Positions 62,735 through 64,000 of a DNA stretch of 64,000 nucleotides are shown here, in pieces. The translations under genes were made by a program, and so were the position numbers. This DNA comes from Gracilinanus agilis (lineage: Eukaryota). The stretch spans positions 70,102,587 through 70,166,586 of the forward strand of contig NC_058132.1 in NCBI RefSeq assembly GCF_016433145.1. Reading direction: 5' to 3'. Under the pieces are notes generated by a model. It did no database searches and was not told the DNA's origin. It worked only from the letters and a program-made list of their open reading frames with translations. Every line of letters starts with the position of its first letter. Position 1 is the first letter of the stretch.

Positions 62735-63229
62735 GTGAGTACTCGAGTTTTGGGGATTGTCTTGGGGACTGCCCGGAGCTACCGGCAGGTGGGAATGCGG
62801 GGATCCAGAGCCCAGGACTGTATGTCACCTCTCCTGGTCTTCTTCCCACTGGGAGAGACTTGTGGCCCTGTGCGTTGGCCGGGGGATCAAAGTAGTCAAT
62901 TAATAAGCATTTATTAAATGCGTACTCTGTTCCAAGCTATGGGAATTCAAGACCCTGCCAGCTTCTGAGAAGAATATCCATCCAGCGAGTTCAAAGGACA
63001 GAGTCTTGGGTTTGCAGCCAATTTATCTTAAAATCATTTAGATTGACTTAGGCTTGAGACCTGACTTCTTGTCTTTTAGTTGCTGTAAGTTATTTAGTAT
63101 GTATAAATATGACTTGCATCTTATGGAATAAGAATGATACAGTTTGAACAGTCCTGGAAACAATCCTCTGGGACTATTGCTTCTTGAATAGAGGACTTAC
63201 AAACCTTGTTTATGTTCTAAGCCCCCCCC

Positions 63230-63415
63230 CTTTTTTTTTAAACCCTTGTGCTTCGGTGTATTGTCTCATAGGTGGAAGATTGGTAAGGGTGGGCAATGGG
63301 GGTCAAGTGACTTGCCCAGGGTCACACAGCTGGGAAGTGGCTGAGGCCGGGTTTGAACCTAGGACCTCCTGTCTCTAGGCCTGACTCTCACTCCACTGAG
63401 CTACCCAGCTGCCCC
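63230..63415 (-). mobile_element. Young SINE1_Mdo-like SINE
   Basis: Near-identical reverse complement of the 54503-54693 copy. Further SINE copies at ~1-200, 982-1141, 5372-5582, 18981-19155, 23986-24185, 26152-26345, 27018-27143, 33880-34086, 36345-36535, 37683-37880, 44648-44835, 47495-47697, 50690-50865, 57463-57628 and 63470-63652. Confidence 0.92.
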
Positions 63416-64000
63416 TCTAACCCATTTTGCAGTAAGTCTTGTGTAGCCGGTGCACCCCTTAGCATCATATTTTTTTTTTAACTCTTCCCTCCCCTTTTGG
63501 AATCAGTATTGTGTATTGGTTCCAAGGCAGAAGAGCGGTTAAGTGAGTTGCCCAAGATCACAGAGCTGGGAAGTGTCTGAGGCCAGAGTTGAACCTAGGA
63601 TTTCCTGTCTCTAGGTCTGGCTCTCAATCCACTAAGCTACCCAGCTGCCCCCAGAATCATCTTTTAAATGCATAAAATAAGATACATGAAATTATAATGG
63701 AAGGAAAGAAGCATTTATTAAGTGCCAGGTATTTTACTAAGCCCTTTACAAATATTATTTCATTTGATTTTCATAACAACCCTTAAAAGTAGGTGCTGTT
63801 CTTTTGCTGTTGAGGAAACTGAGGTAAACAGAGGTCAACTGACTTTTCCAAGGTCATAAAGGTAGTTTTTGGGGCAGTATTTGAATTCAAATCTTCCTGA
63901 CTTTGGTCTCATTCTTTTTTCCTCTAAACCTCATTCTCTTTCCCTCTAAACCTCCCTCCAAGCATATATCTTTCCTTTTACTGTAAAATATAATACCATC

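Larger units (their letters stand above)
62040..62880. promoter_or_regulatory. CpG-island bidirectional promoter
   Basis: Only CpG-rich segment of the window. Eight CCAAT/ATTGG boxes (62291, 62341, 62407, 62450, 62534, 62577, 62643, 62670), ETS-like ACTTCCG (62322) and YY1-like ATGGCGGC (62693). Confidence 0.85.

Overview
Marsupial genomic DNA. The dominant ~190-bp tRNA/CORE-type SINE looks like the opossum SINE1_Mdo family, so Monodelphis or a close didelphid is likely (inference). The window holds one complete, intact 10-exon gene on the minus strand: SNRNP40 (U5 snRNP 40-kDa WD40 protein, CDS 62225->11519, 1086 nt, 361 aa, all nine introns GT-AG, reading frame consistent across every junction). 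A CpG-rich, CCAAT-dense promoter at ~62.0-62.9 kb appears bidirectional, with a probable non-coding first exon of a divergent plus-strand gene (ZCCHC17 by mammalian synteny; no coding exon here). The rest is intronic/intergenic DNA rich in SINE, MIR/MAR, L2, L3/CR1, L1, solo LTRs and hAT/Tigger DNA-transposon remnants. I found no new multi-gene system. The best second-look items are small. (1) A ~200-bp segment duplicated between SNRNP40 intron 7 and the downstream intergenic region, carrying a hairpin with one compensatory base-pair change. (2) An orphan coding-like exon at 3692-3954, in phase with SNRNP40 exon 9. (3) A pre-miRNA-like hairpin and an AG|GTAAG recursive-type splice site in intron 6. 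(4) A templated composite insertion in intron 1. (5) A duplicated two-CCAAT module in the promoter. Repeat family names come from recalled consensus sequences, repeat boundaries are approximate, and no searches were run.
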